Source: Bacteroidia bacterium
Lineage (GTDB): Bacteria; Bacteroidota; Bacteroidia; B-17B0; Aurantibacillaceae
Reading direction: 5' to 3'
NCBI GenBank assembly: GCA_040403535.1
Contig: JBBAKL010000003.1
Location: forward strand, 35,248 to 99,247
DNA length: 64,000 nt
The translations under genes were made by a program, and so were the position numbers. Below, piece by piece: positions 45,015 through 54,739 of the stretch (within the stretch, counting starts at the first letter, position 1; every line of letters starts with the position of its first letter). A model generated the notes under the pieces. It ran no database searches and was not told the DNA's origin. It saw only the letters and a program-made list of their open reading frames with translations.

Positions 45015-45686
45015 TTAATGAGTTGTTTTAGTTTCTTCTTTTTTTACATCTTTAACTTCAGCTGGAGCTGTCTTCGCTGAATCAGAAGGAACAGTTTCTT
45101 TAGGTCCTTGTAACTTTTGAACGTAATGAACCAGTTTCCAACGCTCTTCCTGAGTTAAAATGCTTCCATGATTACCCATTAAACCTTTTCCATAAGTAAT
45201 AGAATGGAAAATTTTGCCTTCAGATAAGTTTTTTAATGGGCCATTGTAAGCAGGAGGAGCACCAGGCAGTTTACCGCCAACCTTTCCATCACCTGCACCA
45301 CTTGCACCATGACAGTGAACACAATATTTACCATAAAGCACTTCACCGTCCGCTAAAACTTTAGTGTTTAAAGCAATCGGATTTTTTAAATATAAACCTG
45401 CTTGTTCATATCCTTCAGTAGTGTTTGGATAAACATAAGGCATATATCCTCTAGCAATTGTACCTTTTACAGGCAAAAATTGTTGAGAATAAATTGTATC
45501 TCCGTTAAATACACTTGTGCCATATACCTCCACTGAAGGAGAACGATACATGTCAGGCATAAATTCAACACCCGGACTATTTGCATCTTTTTTTCCACAA
45601 GCTGTAAAACCAACTAACACTGCCGCAATAGCCACACCGTTACAAATTGATTTTAGGTTTTTATAATTTAGTTTCATATTAAACAA
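45015..45686 (-). CDS. actE: ACIII monoheme cytochrome c lipoprotein ActE
   Basis: Lipobox LVGFTACG and a single heme motif CVHCHG. Confidence 0.8.
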   Translation of the reverse strand: MFNMKLNYKNLKSICNGVAIAAVLVGFTACGKKDANSPGVEFMPDMYRSPSVEVYGTSVFNGDTIYSQQFLPVKGTIARGYMPYVYPNTTEGYEQAGLYLKNPIALNTKVLADGEVLYGKYCVHCHGASGAGDGKVGGKLPGAPPAYNGPLKNLSEGKIFHSITYGKGLMGNHGSILTQEERWKLVHYVQKLQGPKETVPSDSAKTAPAEVKDVKKEETKTTH

Positions 45687-45699
45687 AATGTTTTGTCAA

Positions 45700-46248
45700 T
45701 TAATAAGCCGGTTCAATATGTAAAGTTCCTTTGTAATTTACCTCTTCTGCACCGTTTTCTTTTAATATAGCATCTGCTTTTTTCGCTTGCTCATCGTTAA
45801 GTTCAAGATAAACTAAAAACTTATCATCAGTTGTACGAGGATCTGGGTTTTTAGCTTTTGCGCCCGGAACTAACCAACAACGCAACAAGTATGTTAATGC
45901 CATACCGTGAGCAGCACAGAATACAGTTGATTCAAATGTAATTGGAATAAACGCAGGAATATTAAAGTAATATGCCCAATTTGGTTTACCACCAATATCA
46001 TTTGGCCAATCGTGAACCATCATATACCACATCATCAATGTAGCTAAGCTAGTACCGGTAATTCCGTAAATAAAAGCACATATTGCCAAACGTGTTCTCG
46101 GAACACCAATCACAGGATCTAATCCGTGTACAGGGAAAGGAGAAAACACATCTTTTACGCGAATACCTGCTGATCGTAATTTTTTACAGGCTTCCATCAT
46201 TGGCACTTCGTCGCCAAAAACACCGTGTATAATTTGTTTAGTTGCCAT
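45700..46248 (-). CDS. actD: ACIII subunit ActD (DUF3341-type)
   Basis: ~180 aa with two central TM helices, located between actC and actE. Confidence 0.75.
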   Translation of the reverse strand: MATKQIIHGVFGDEVPMMEACKKLRSAGIRVKDVFSPFPVHGLDPVIGVPRTRLAICAFIYGITGTSLATLMMWYMMVHDWPNDIGGKPNWAYYFNIPAFIPITFESTVFCAAHGMALTYLLRCWLVPGAKAKNPDPRTTDDKFLVYLELNDEQAKKADAILKENGAEEVNYKGTLHIEPAY

Positions 46249-46269
46249 ATCTTTTAAAATATCTTTTTA

Positions 46270-47673
46270 TTAGTGTGCGTGTGAATGAGCGTGTGAATGA
46301 CTTGCTGCTTCTTTCTTTTGTGCTTCACCTGATTGTTTCAAGATAGTTTTTAACTCAGCCTGAGCAATAACAGGGAAGTAACGTGAGAACAACAAGAAGA
46401 AAGTTCCAAACATACCGATAGTTCCAATAAAAATACCAATATCAATAAATGATGGTGTATAGGTATTCCATGTTGAAGGAAGGAAAGTACGTAATAACGT
46501 TGGAACGATAATTACGAAACGCTCGAACCACATACCAATATTAACTACAATTGATAATAAGAATGTAGCAACAATTGAAGTACGGATTTTCTTGAACCAG
46601 AATAACTGTGGAGAGATAACGTTACATGTCATCATAGCCCAGTATGACCAAGCTAAAGGACCTGTTGCACGATTTAAGAATGCGTATTGTTCCCATTCTA
46701 CACCTGAATACCATGCAATGAATAACTCAGTTAAGTATGCAACACCTACTATTGAACCAGTTACAATTATAACGATGTTCATATACTCGATGTGCTTAAT
46801 CGTTAAGTAAGATTCTAACTTATAGATTTTACGTACTACTAACATCAAAGTTAATACCATTGCGAAACCTGAGAATACCGCACCAGATACGAAATAAGGA
46901 GGGAAGATTGTAGTATGCCAACCAGGCACAACAGATGTAGCAAAGTCGAAAGATACAATAGAGTGAACGGAGAATACTAACGGAGTTGAAAGACCTGCTA
47001 GTACTAAAGATACTTCTTCAAAACGGCTCCAGTGACGTGCACTTCCGCCCCATCCAAAAGATAATAATCCGTAAAACTTTTTTTGCCAAGGCTTAATAAC
47101 ACGGTCACGAATCATTGCGAAATCAGGAATTAAACCGATGTACCAAAATACGATTGATACCGTAGCATAAGTTGATACCGCGAAAACGTCCCACAATAAC
47201 GGTGAGTTAAAGTTAGGCCACAATGAACCGAATTGGTTTGGTAAAGGGAATAACATATAATCTAACCATGGACGTCCTGTGTGAAGCGTTACGAAAATAG
47301 CCGCACATAATACAGCGAAAATGGTCATGGCCTCTGCAGAACGGTTAATTGCCATACGCCATTTTTGACGGAATAACAATAATACGGCAGAGATTAATGT
47401 ACCAGCGTGACCAATACCAATCCACCATACGAAGTTGGTAATATCCCAAGCCCAATCGGCAGCGTTATTAGAGCCCCATGCTCCGATACCAACACCTATT
47501 GTGTAGGCTAAACAACCAATTCCCCATAAGAATGTTAAAGCGCAAATGGTTAAAAGTACATACCATCCTCTTGCAGCTTTTCCTTCAATAGGAGCGATAA
47601 TGTCATCAGTAATTTGTCGGTAATTCTTATTACCTAAAATTAACGGTTCCCTGATTTCTGATTCTGCGTGCAT
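46270..47673 (-). CDS. actC: ACIII quinol-interacting membrane subunit ActC (NrfD/PsrC family)
   Basis: About 10 TM segments with NrfD-like topology. The C-terminal tail is ASHSHAHSHAH. Confidence 0.85.
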   Translation of the reverse strand: MHAESEIREPLILGNKNYRQITDDIIAPIEGKAARGWYVLLTICALTFLWGIGCLAYTIGVGIGAWGSNNAADWAWDITNFVWWIGIGHAGTLISAVLLLFRQKWRMAINRSAEAMTIFAVLCAAIFVTLHTGRPWLDYMLFPLPNQFGSLWPNFNSPLLWDVFAVSTYATVSIVFWYIGLIPDFAMIRDRVIKPWQKKFYGLLSFGWGGSARHWSRFEEVSLVLAGLSTPLVFSVHSIVSFDFATSVVPGWHTTIFPPYFVSGAVFSGFAMVLTLMLVVRKIYKLESYLTIKHIEYMNIVIIVTGSIVGVAYLTELFIAWYSGVEWEQYAFLNRATGPLAWSYWAMMTCNVISPQLFWFKKIRTSIVATFLLSIVVNIGMWFERFVIIVPTLLRTFLPSTWNTYTPSFIDIGIFIGTIGMFGTFFLLFSRYFPVIAQAELKTILKQSGEAQKKEAASHSHAHSHAH

Positions 47674-47697
47674 ATCTTTTATTTAATGTGATTAATA

Positions 47698-50600
47698 TTA
47701 TGCGTGTTTTTCTTCTTTATGTTCTTTGTGCTTTTCTTCATGATTGGCACCACCGTGGTGAGCTTCTTCATGAATCATAGCCTCTTCCTGATTTCTTACT
47801 TTTACCATATAAGAAACGGTTGGCTTAACCCCAAGTTCCTCTAACAAGAAATAATTTCTGTTATCGTTTCTCCATTTAGCAATTTCTGAATTTTCATCAT
47901 TAAGATCACCAAACATAATGGCGTTGGTAGGACATGCTTGCTGACAAGCTGTTTTTATAGCGCCGTCAACTATTGGAGCACCTGCTTTTTTCGCTTCCAA
48001 TTTGCCAGCTTGTAATCGCTGCTGGCACATTGAACATTTTTCCATTACACCACGACTTCTTACTACTACGTCTGGGTTTAATACCATACGTCCTAATTCT
48101 TGCTGAGCAGGATTGCTTGCAAACCATTCGTTAGCGTTATAGTTAAACCAGTTAAAACGACGCACTTTAAACGGACAGTTGTTAGCACAATAACGAGTAC
48201 CAATACAACGGTTGTAGGTCATCATATTTAAACCTTCTGTACTGTGACTGGTTGCTAATACCGGACATACAGTTTCACAAGGTGCGTGATTACAATGCTG
48301 ACACATAATTGGCTGGAAAGTAACCTTCGGATTATTTGAAGGAGTTTCCATATCTAAATTCATTTGCTTATAACCAATATGCTCTTCTGCAGCTTTCTCT
48401 TTGGTCATGTCTGAGCTGTAATAGCGGTCAATACGTAACCAGAACATATCGCGGGTTTTTCCAATCTCTTCTTTACCCACAACAGCCACGTTATTTTCAA
48501 CACCACACGCTACAACACATGCTGAGCAACCAATACAAGAAGTCATATCAATGGTTAATCCCCATTTGTGGTTTAAGCGCTCATGCTGATCCCACAAATC
48601 AATTTCATTCACATGTTTCTCTCCTGTATGCGTATGCATTACTGCAGAAGGATTCCAAACCTCTTTATCTTTTTCTTTAAATTCTTTTAATGAAACTTCT
48701 CGTAAAATTGCCTCTTCACGACCCATAATTGTGTGTTGGATCTGAGTAGCAGAGAAATTATGTGTTTCTTCTGTTTTGGTTATAGAAACAGATGGAGCAA
48801 TTGCTAAAATGTTATCGTTTGATACGTTAAGGAATTGGAATGCGTTTACACCAACACCATTCGCAATTTTTAATGTTTCTGCATTTCGTCCATAACCTAG
48901 TGCTAATCCTATTGTTCCTTTAGCCTGACCTGGTTGTGGTAAAACAGGAACATTAACTGTTGCACCGTTAACTGAAAGTGTAGCAATGCTACCAACAATA
49001 TCCTGACGTAACATTTCATTCATACCTAATGCTTTTACGTCTTCAGGACACATGGTGATATAATTGTCCCAAGTTACTTTTGAAATCGGATCAGGCAATT
49101 CCATTAACCATGGATTATTACTTTGATTTCCGTTTCCTAATCCTATTTTTTCATAAACAGCTAATTCGAATGCGCCACCTTTTAATGAAGTGGCAGAAGA
49201 AGCAGCTTTATTATAATCAGGTGTAGGCAAAGTTTCAGTAACAACTACTGCTTCTTTAACAGGAGTTGGTTTCACCTCAGGCACCTTATTAGTATCTAAA
49301 ACTTCTGCAATAGCAGCGGCAACTCCGCTCATAATTGGCATTCCGGTAGAATCTTTTGCCATTACAACAGCAGGAGTTTCTTTAGCAAGATTTACTTTTA
49401 ATACACCATCGTGTAAAGTATGTGCCCAGAAAGAAGCAAAATCCAAATATTTTCCTTGTTGAGGGAAAATATGATTTTGCCAGTATGCTTGTAAATAGTT
49501 ATAGAAAGAAGATTTAACACCTGCCCAAGCTAACAATGTATCCTGGAACTGACGTGTACCTTCGTAACGTGGAGCTTTGAAAATTGGATTGATTGTAGGC
49601 TGTTGTAAACTGAAATGCCCTGCTTTTGGATTTGCATCGCCCCAAGACTCTAAATAATTATGATCAGGACAAACAAAATCTGCCATTTGAGAAGTTTCGT
49701 CTAATACTTGAGAAAAAGAAACTTTAGTGGTTACTTTTTTATAAGCATCAGCAAACTTCAAAGAAGCAGGAGCAGTGTAAACAGGATTACAGTTGTAAGT
49801 TAATAAGGTTGCAATTTTACCTGCACTCATATCAGCTACTAAATCTGTAAAATCCTTATCGTTACCTTGTTTTAAATTAAAATGATTAACGTTATCAACT
49901 GTCTTACCATAATTGTCTAACATTTTATTGATGCCAGCAATTAAGGTTTGGATTCCGTCTTCGTTAACTCCGGAAACAACAATTGAATTACCTTTATTTT
50001 CAACTAATTCTTTTGCAACTTTCGCAATTGCTTTATCAGCATCTGCATTTCCGATTTTTGTATCTCCGGAAACAGTAGCATTACCAGTTGCAGATGCAAC
50101 CTGATTAAATAATGAAACAACTACTTTACCAAATTCAGAAGGCTTAACCATGTAACGGTAATCTGCGTTAGCCCCTGTAAGTGATAAATTTGCTTCGAAA
50201 TGATAATGCTTACTCATTTCAGCATTTTCTTTTGATACTTTGCGCGTTTTACTGTATTGATTAGCAAATTCAATTGGATTTAACCAGGTTCCAAGGAAAT
50301 CACACGCAACGCCAACAATAATTTTTGATTTATTGAAGTTAAACGAAGGAATTACTGATTTGCCAAATACATTTTTATTTGCACTTGATAACGCTGAATA
50401 AGAAACTGCATCATAAGTAACATGTTTCGCGTTTGGAAACTTAGCAGTAAACTCTGCTATTACAGCCTTTGTAGATGGGCTGATAATAGAAGAGGTTAAT
50501 AATCTGATTTCGCCTGAAGATAATGCCTTAGCAATTGAATCATCAGCGTTTTTCCAGGTTGTGGAAGTTCCTTTTGCCAATGGACCGGTTAAACGTGCTC

Positions 50601-51036
50601 CATCATATAAACTTAAAACAGAAGCCTGAACACGCGCACTAGTTGCGCCATTTGACACCTTAGAAAGTTCATTTCCTTCGATTTTAATAGGGCGACCTTC
50701 ACGTGTTTTTACTAATACGGAAGCATAGTCATGCCCATCGTAAAAAGTTGAAGCGTAGAAGTTAGCAACACCAGGTGTTACTTCTTCAGGCTTTACTACG
50801 TAAGGAATAGCTTTGTTTACAGGAGTCTCACAAGCTGCTAATGCAACTGCGGCTGTAGAAAAGCCCATCACCTTTAAAAAATCACGACGGCTGGTACCGT
50901 TTGATTTAGCTCCCTCTTCATTAAGGAATTCATCGATAGGAAGAGGTTCAGCAAATTCGTTTTTGCTTTGCTGTAAAAACTCAGGACTTTCGGTTAATTC
51001 CGGTAATCCTCTCCAGTATTTTTTTGACATAGACAT
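47698..51036 (-). CDS. actB: ACIII subunit ActB (molybdopterin-oxidoreductase-like domain fused to a 4-cluster ferredoxin domain), Tat-exported
   Basis: Tat motif SRRDFLKVMGFSTAAVALAAC. Fe-S motifs CIGCSACVVAC, CQHCNHAPCETVCP and CIGTRYCANNCP. His-rich C-terminus. Confidence 0.9.
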   Translation of the reverse strand: MSMSKKYWRGLPELTESPEFLQQSKNEFAEPLPIDEFLNEEGAKSNGTSRRDFLKVMGFSTAAVALAACETPVNKAIPYVVKPEEVTPGVANFYASTFYDGHDYASVLVKTREGRPIKIEGNELSKVSNGATSARVQASVLSLYDGARLTGPLAKGTSTTWKNADDSIAKALSSGEIRLLTSSIISPSTKAVIAEFTAKFPNAKHVTYDAVSYSALSSANKNVFGKSVIPSFNFNKSKIIVGVACDFLGTWLNPIEFANQYSKTRKVSKENAEMSKHYHFEANLSLTGANADYRYMVKPSEFGKVVVSLFNQVASATGNATVSGDTKIGNADADKAIAKVAKELVENKGNSIVVSGVNEDGIQTLIAGINKMLDNYGKTVDNVNHFNLKQGNDKDFTDLVADMSAGKIATLLTYNCNPVYTAPASLKFADAYKKVTTKVSFSQVLDETSQMADFVCPDHNYLESWGDANPKAGHFSLQQPTINPIFKAPRYEGTRQFQDTLLAWAGVKSSFYNYLQAYWQNHIFPQQGKYLDFASFWAHTLHDGVLKVNLAKETPAVVMAKDSTGMPIMSGVAAAIAEVLDTNKVPEVKPTPVKEAVVVTETLPTPDYNKAASSATSLKGGAFELAVYEKIGLGNGNQSNNPWLMELPDPISKVTWDNYITMCPEDVKALGMNEMLRQDIVGSIATLSVNGATVNVPVLPQPGQAKGTIGLALGYGRNAETLKIANGVGVNAFQFLNVSNDNILAIAPSVSITKTEETHNFSATQIQHTIMGREEAILREVSLKEFKEKDKEVWNPSAVMHTHTGEKHVNEIDLWDQHERLNHKWGLTIDMTSCIGCSACVVACGVENNVAVVGKEEIGKTRDMFWLRIDRYYSSDMTKEKAAEEHIGYKQMNLDMETPSNNPKVTFQPIMCQHCNHAPCETVCPVLATSHSTEGLNMMTYNRCIGTRYCANNCPFKVRRFNWFNYNANEWFASNPAQQELGRMVLNPDVVVRSRGVMEKCSMCQQRLQAGKLEAKKAGAPIVDGAIKTACQQACPTNAIMFGDLNDENSEIAKWRNDNRNYFLLEELGVKPTVSYMVKVRNQEEAMIHEEAHHGGANHEEKHKEHKEEKHA

Positions 51037-51065
51037 CTATAAAATTCGGTTAGTACTGGTTTATA

Positions 51066-52349
51066 TTAGTAATGGCATTTTGCACACTCAAGTCCACCAA
51101 TTTTATCAACGGTAAACTTAACATCGTACTGGCCTTTATATTTCTCTTTTAATGCTTTGTGTAAACGCTCGTAGTATGGATTTCCTTCCATTGCTACTTC
51201 TGTTTTGCGATGACACTCAATACACCATTTCATGGTTAATGGATTCTTTTGCTCAATTGTACCCATTGATTTTACATCACCATGACAATTAGCACAATCT
51301 TGCTTACCAACCACAACGTGCTGCTGGTGGCTAAAGTAAACGTGATCTGGTAAATTGTGAACTTTTATCCATTTAATTGGATTTGCTTTTGAATCATCGT
51401 ATTTTCCTGTTGAAGGATCGTAACCAGCTGCAGCATAAATTTTAGCTATCTCCTCTTTACCTGTAGTCGGGCCTTCCTGAATTCCTTTATGGCAGTTCAT
51501 ACAAATGTTAACTGTTGGGATTCCGGAGTGACGTGATTTCTCAACTGAGAAGTGACAATACTGACAAGCAATTTCGTTATCACCGGCGTGGATTTTGTGA
51601 GAGAATTTAATTGGCTGATCAGGGTGATAACCTTTTTGTGTCTCCCAATCGTAATAAACACCAATATCATAACAAGCATCCCAGCAGCTCTTCATACCTG
51701 CAAAACCTAAAATGATGCAAAACACACCAACTAATCGGCGGTGGCCGCTAATCCAACCTTTTGCTTCTTCCCAGAAAGTCATCTCAGGGTTTTCTGCTTT
51801 ACCTTCGCTGCGGTTAGCAGTGTTTTGTAATGATGTACGTACGCTACGTAATGTTGTGATTAAAATTGCTAATACAACAACGATTGTTAAAATCAAATAA
51901 AGCGGATCGATACCGGATATAACCTCACCACCGGCAACAGGTGCACCTGCAACAGGAGCTGAAGGGCCTTTTGGCTCAGGTAACGGAGCTTGTAAAAACG
52001 CGATTATTGCATCAACATCTTTATCACTCAACTGACCTTCAAATACGGTCATTGCTGCTTTACCGTTATCGTTGTAAATTTTGTTAGCATAAGCATCACC
52101 CGACTTAATCAACTTTTCGTTGTTTAGAATCCAGTTTTTTAACCAGTCTCCTTTTGGAGCACGGTCAAAAATACCTTTAAGACCAGGACCGGTTAATTTT
52201 TGATCGGTATGAGAGGCGTGACATACCGCGCAATTTTGCTTAAATAATTTCGCTCCGTCCTGGGCGCTGATGTTGCTTGTGAAAAGTACCAACATCATTG
52301 CTGCACCCAGCAAAGATTTGAAAGAAAAATGAAACATACGGCTATACAT
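51066..52349 (-). CDS. actA: ACIII multiheme cytochrome c ActA (six CxxCH motifs)
   Basis: CAVCH, CQYCH, CMNCH, CANCH, CIECH, CAKCH. The preferred start at 52349 (MYSRMFHFSFKSLLGAAMMLVLFTSNISAQ) replaces the track's TTG at 52418, which lies inside a TAnnTTTG box. Confidence 0.85.
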   Translation of the reverse strand: MYSRMFHFSFKSLLGAAMMLVLFTSNISAQDGAKLFKQNCAVCHASHTDQKLTGPGLKGIFDRAPKGDWLKNWILNNEKLIKSGDAYANKIYNDNGKAAMTVFEGQLSDKDVDAIIAFLQAPLPEPKGPSAPVAGAPVAGGEVISGIDPLYLILTIVVVLAILITTLRSVRTSLQNTANRSEGKAENPEMTFWEEAKGWISGHRRLVGVFCIILGFAGMKSCWDACYDIGVYYDWETQKGYHPDQPIKFSHKIHAGDNEIACQYCHFSVEKSRHSGIPTVNICMNCHKGIQEGPTTGKEEIAKIYAAAGYDPSTGKYDDSKANPIKWIKVHNLPDHVYFSHQQHVVVGKQDCANCHGDVKSMGTIEQKNPLTMKWCIECHRKTEVAMEGNPYYERLHKALKEKYKGQYDVKFTVDKIGGLECAKCHY

Positions 52350-52415
52350 ATTTGAGAAGGAAGAAATCCTTGTTTGTTGTTTGTTTAATGACACTTTAAT
52401 GACAGTTAAATGGCG

Positions 52416-52423
52416 CAAATTTA
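52416..52423 (-). promoter_or_regulatory. Candidate -7 box for the act/cox operon
   Basis: The minus strand reads taaatttg, 67 nt upstream of the ATG at 52349. Confidence 0.3.
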
Positions 52424-52594
52424 GCAGAAGAAACGAGATCTAAATCGTAAAAAGTTAAATTTTTTAACATAATTGCTAATTTATACTAATTCTAAATAAG
52501 GGTTGCCAACGAATGTTAAAATTTGAATTACAAATTGAATTTTTAGGGTTTTATAGTTTTGCCGGCTGTAATTTGTAAATTTGAAAAATAAGCA

Positions 52595-53605
52595 GTGAAA
52601 GAAACACGTTTTATACTTCGTAAATTAACTTTTAAAAAACTGAAAAACGCTTTTTTTTCGCTCATATCCTATTACTTTTCAAGAGTTTATAAAAAACCGT
52701 TTTTAAATTCCCTACCTATCAGCATTTCAATTGAGCCAACAACAAGTTGTAATTTACGTTGTCCCGAATGCCCAAGCGGACTAAGACAGTTCACCAGAAA
52801 CACCGGTATGTTGAATCCGGATTTTTTTAAACGACTGATTAATGAACAAAAAAGTACGCTCGTAAATCTTACTTTTTACTTTCAGGGCGAACCTTACTTA
52901 AATCCACAATTTTTAGAAATGGTGCATTACGCCTCTAGCAATAATATTTTCACTATTACCAGTACTAACGCGCATTACCTGAATGATGAAAATTCTAAAA
53001 AAACAATAGAAAGCGGTTTAGATAAAATCATCATCTCTATTGACGGCACCACTCAGGAAACGTATGAGCAATACCGTATTGGCGGACAATTATCTAAAGT
53101 TATTGAAGGCACCAAAAATATTTTAAAATGGAAAAAACAATTAAACAGTAAAACTCCCTATGTTGTTTTTCAATTTTTAGTTGTAAAGCCTAACCAGCAT
53201 CAGATAAACGATGTAAACAAACTTGCCAATGAACTTGGAGTGGATGAAGTAAAACTAAAAACTGCACAGGTTTACGATTTTGAAAATGGAAACGAACTTA
53301 TTCCAACCCTGGAAAAATATTCGCGCTACAAACAAATGCCAAATGGAAAATGGCAAATAAAAAATAAATTATTAAATCAGTGCTGGCGCATGTGGAGCGG
53401 CTGCGTTATTACCTGGGATGGTTTAGTTGTACCATGTTGTTTTGACAAGGATGCGAAACATCAACTGGGTGATTTAAAACAAATTTCATTTAAAGAAGTA
53501 TGGTTTTCAGAAAAGTATACTTCTTTCAGAAAATCAATATTAAAATCACGAAAAGAAATTGACATCTGTACTAATTGTACAGAGGGAACAAAGGTGTGGG
53601 CTTAA
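52595..53605 (+). CDS. Radical SAM enzyme with a C-terminal SPASM/twitch-type Cys cluster
   Basis: GTG start. CNLRCPEC (CxxxCxxC) motif. C-terminal CWRMWSGCVITWDGLVVPCCFD ... CTNC. Confidence 0.85.
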   Translation: MKETRFILRKLTFKKLKNAFFSLISYYFSRVYKKPFLNSLPISISIEPTTSCNLRCPECPSGLRQFTRNTGMLNPDFFKRLINEQKSTLVNLTFYFQGEPYLNPQFLEMVHYASSNNIFTITSTNAHYLNDENSKKTIESGLDKIIISIDGTTQETYEQYRIGGQLSKVIEGTKNILKWKKQLNSKTPYVVFQFLVVKPNQHQINDVNKLANELGVDEVKLKTAQVYDFENGNELIPTLEKYSRYKQMPNGKWQIKNKLLNQCWRMWSGCVITWDGLVVPCCFDKDAKHQLGDLKQISFKEVWFSEKYTSFRKSILKSRKEIDICTNCTEGTKVWA

Positions 53606-54735
53606 CGTTTATTTGATTCTTTAATATACGCATCCAAAGCTCCGCTCATACTAGGATTCTGAGGGTTTGGTGCAAAAATATCTAAACGGTATCCTAATTG
53701 TTTTACGTTTTGTGCAGTTGCATGACCAAAAGCAGCAATACGGGTATTGCCCTGCTTAAAATTTGGAAAATTTTGCTTTAACGAACGTATTCCTGCAGGC
53801 GTAAAAAACACCAAAACATCATATTCCGATAAGTTTTTAATATCCGATAAATTAGCTGAAACCGTTCTGTAAAAAATACCTTTTGAATAGGAGATTTTTA
53901 GTTCGTCCAAAAAGTCAACAATCTGCTCTTTATGTACATCAGAACAAGGTAACAAAAATTTCTCGTCTTTATTCTTTCTGATTACATCAACCAGATCCAA
54001 AAGAGTACCATGACCAAAGAATATTTTTCGCTTACGGTACTGAATATATTTTTGTAAGTAATAAGCGGTTTGCTCATTAATACAGAAGTATTTCATCGTC
54101 TCAGGAACAGTGATGCGCATTTCGTTGCACACTCTGAAAAAATGATCAACCGAAAGTTTACTGGTAAGAATAACAGCTCCATGTGCCAAAATATCGATGC
54201 GTTGTGCACGAAAATCCATTGCGCTTAATCCTTCAACTTTAATAAACTGACGAAAATTAATATTTAAAGAATATTTACGACCTAATTCAATATAAGGATT
54301 TTTGTCGTTATCGGGTTTTGGTTGTGAAACCAAAATGTTTTTTACCTTATTTTTGGGGAAATTGCTGACTTCAATTACCGGCAATGGCGGCGGAACATAC
54401 AAAGGTTGCTTTGCGTTTTTACGCTCCTTTTTAACTACAACTTCCTCAACGGTTTTCGCCACTTTTGCAGGCTTAACAGGCTTTTCTACTTTAACTGCCT
54501 TTGAAGTTTTTGTAATTGCTTTTTTTACCGGCTTTGGAGCCGTCTTTTTAACAACTTTTTTTACCGCTGCTTTTTTTACCTTGGAAGGAATTGCTTTTTT
54601 TACCGGCTTCTTTGTTTTAGCTTTTGTGGCTGATTTCTTGGCGGCCTTACCGACTTTTGCCTTCAACTTTTTTGACTTACCAACTTTACTGCTTTTTTTA
54701 GATGCAGTTTTTGATTTGGTTTTCTTAGCTGCCAT
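53602..54735 (-). CDS. HemD-family (uroporphyrinogen-III synthase-like) protein with a ~120-aa histone-H1-like Lys/Ala-rich N-terminal extension
   Basis: N-terminus MAAKKTKSKTASKKSSKVGKSKKLKAKVGKAAKKSATKAKTKKPVKK... The C-terminal domain carries VSQPKPDNDKNPYIELGRKY, TVPETMKYFCINEQTAYYLQKY, and VFFTPAGIRSL. Confidence 0.75.
   Translation of the reverse strand: MAAKKTKSKTASKKSSKVGKSKKLKAKVGKAAKKSATKAKTKKPVKKAIPSKVKKAAVKKVVKKTAPKPVKKAITKTSKAVKVEKPVKPAKVAKTVEEVVVKKERKNAKQPLYVPPPLPVIEVSNFPKNKVKNILVSQPKPDNDKNPYIELGRKYSLNINFRQFIKVEGLSAMDFRAQRIDILAHGAVILTSKLSVDHFFRVCNEMRITVPETMKYFCINEQTAYYLQKYIQYRKRKIFFGHGTLLDLVDVIRKNKDEKFLLPCSDVHKEQIVDFLDELKISYSKGIFYRTVSANLSDIKNLSEYDVLVFFTPAGIRSLKQNFPNFKQGNTRIAAFGHATAQNVKQLGYRLDIFAPNPQNPSMSGALDAYIKESNKR
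54400..54735 (-). repeat. Low-complexity Lys/Ala/Val/Pro-rich coding tract (AKK/KKA/KPV units)
   Basis: Seen in the translation. The antisense strand yields a spurious F/T/A-rich ORF (54302-54757). Confidence 0.8.
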
Positions 54736-54739
54736 AGAA

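Noticed and set aside
43131-51900. Embedded ORFs 43131-43355, 43803-44087, 46592-46810, 48336-48680, 49913-50104, 50813-51115, 51497-51679 and 51712-51900
   Set aside because: All sit within act/cox genes whose main frames carry diagnostic cofactor motifs. No independent evidence supports them.
52513-52578. 21-aa ORF MLKFELQIEFLGFYSFAGCNL just upstream of the radical SAM/SPASM gene, as a possible RiPP precursor
   Set aside because: Two TAnnTTTG promoter-like boxes (52554-52561 and 52576-52583) lie inside or at its end, so it would probably not be on the enzyme's transcript. It has a single Cys, no leader or Gly-Gly type features, and the region is AT-rich enough for chance ORFs. It is only worth revisiting if conserved in relatives.
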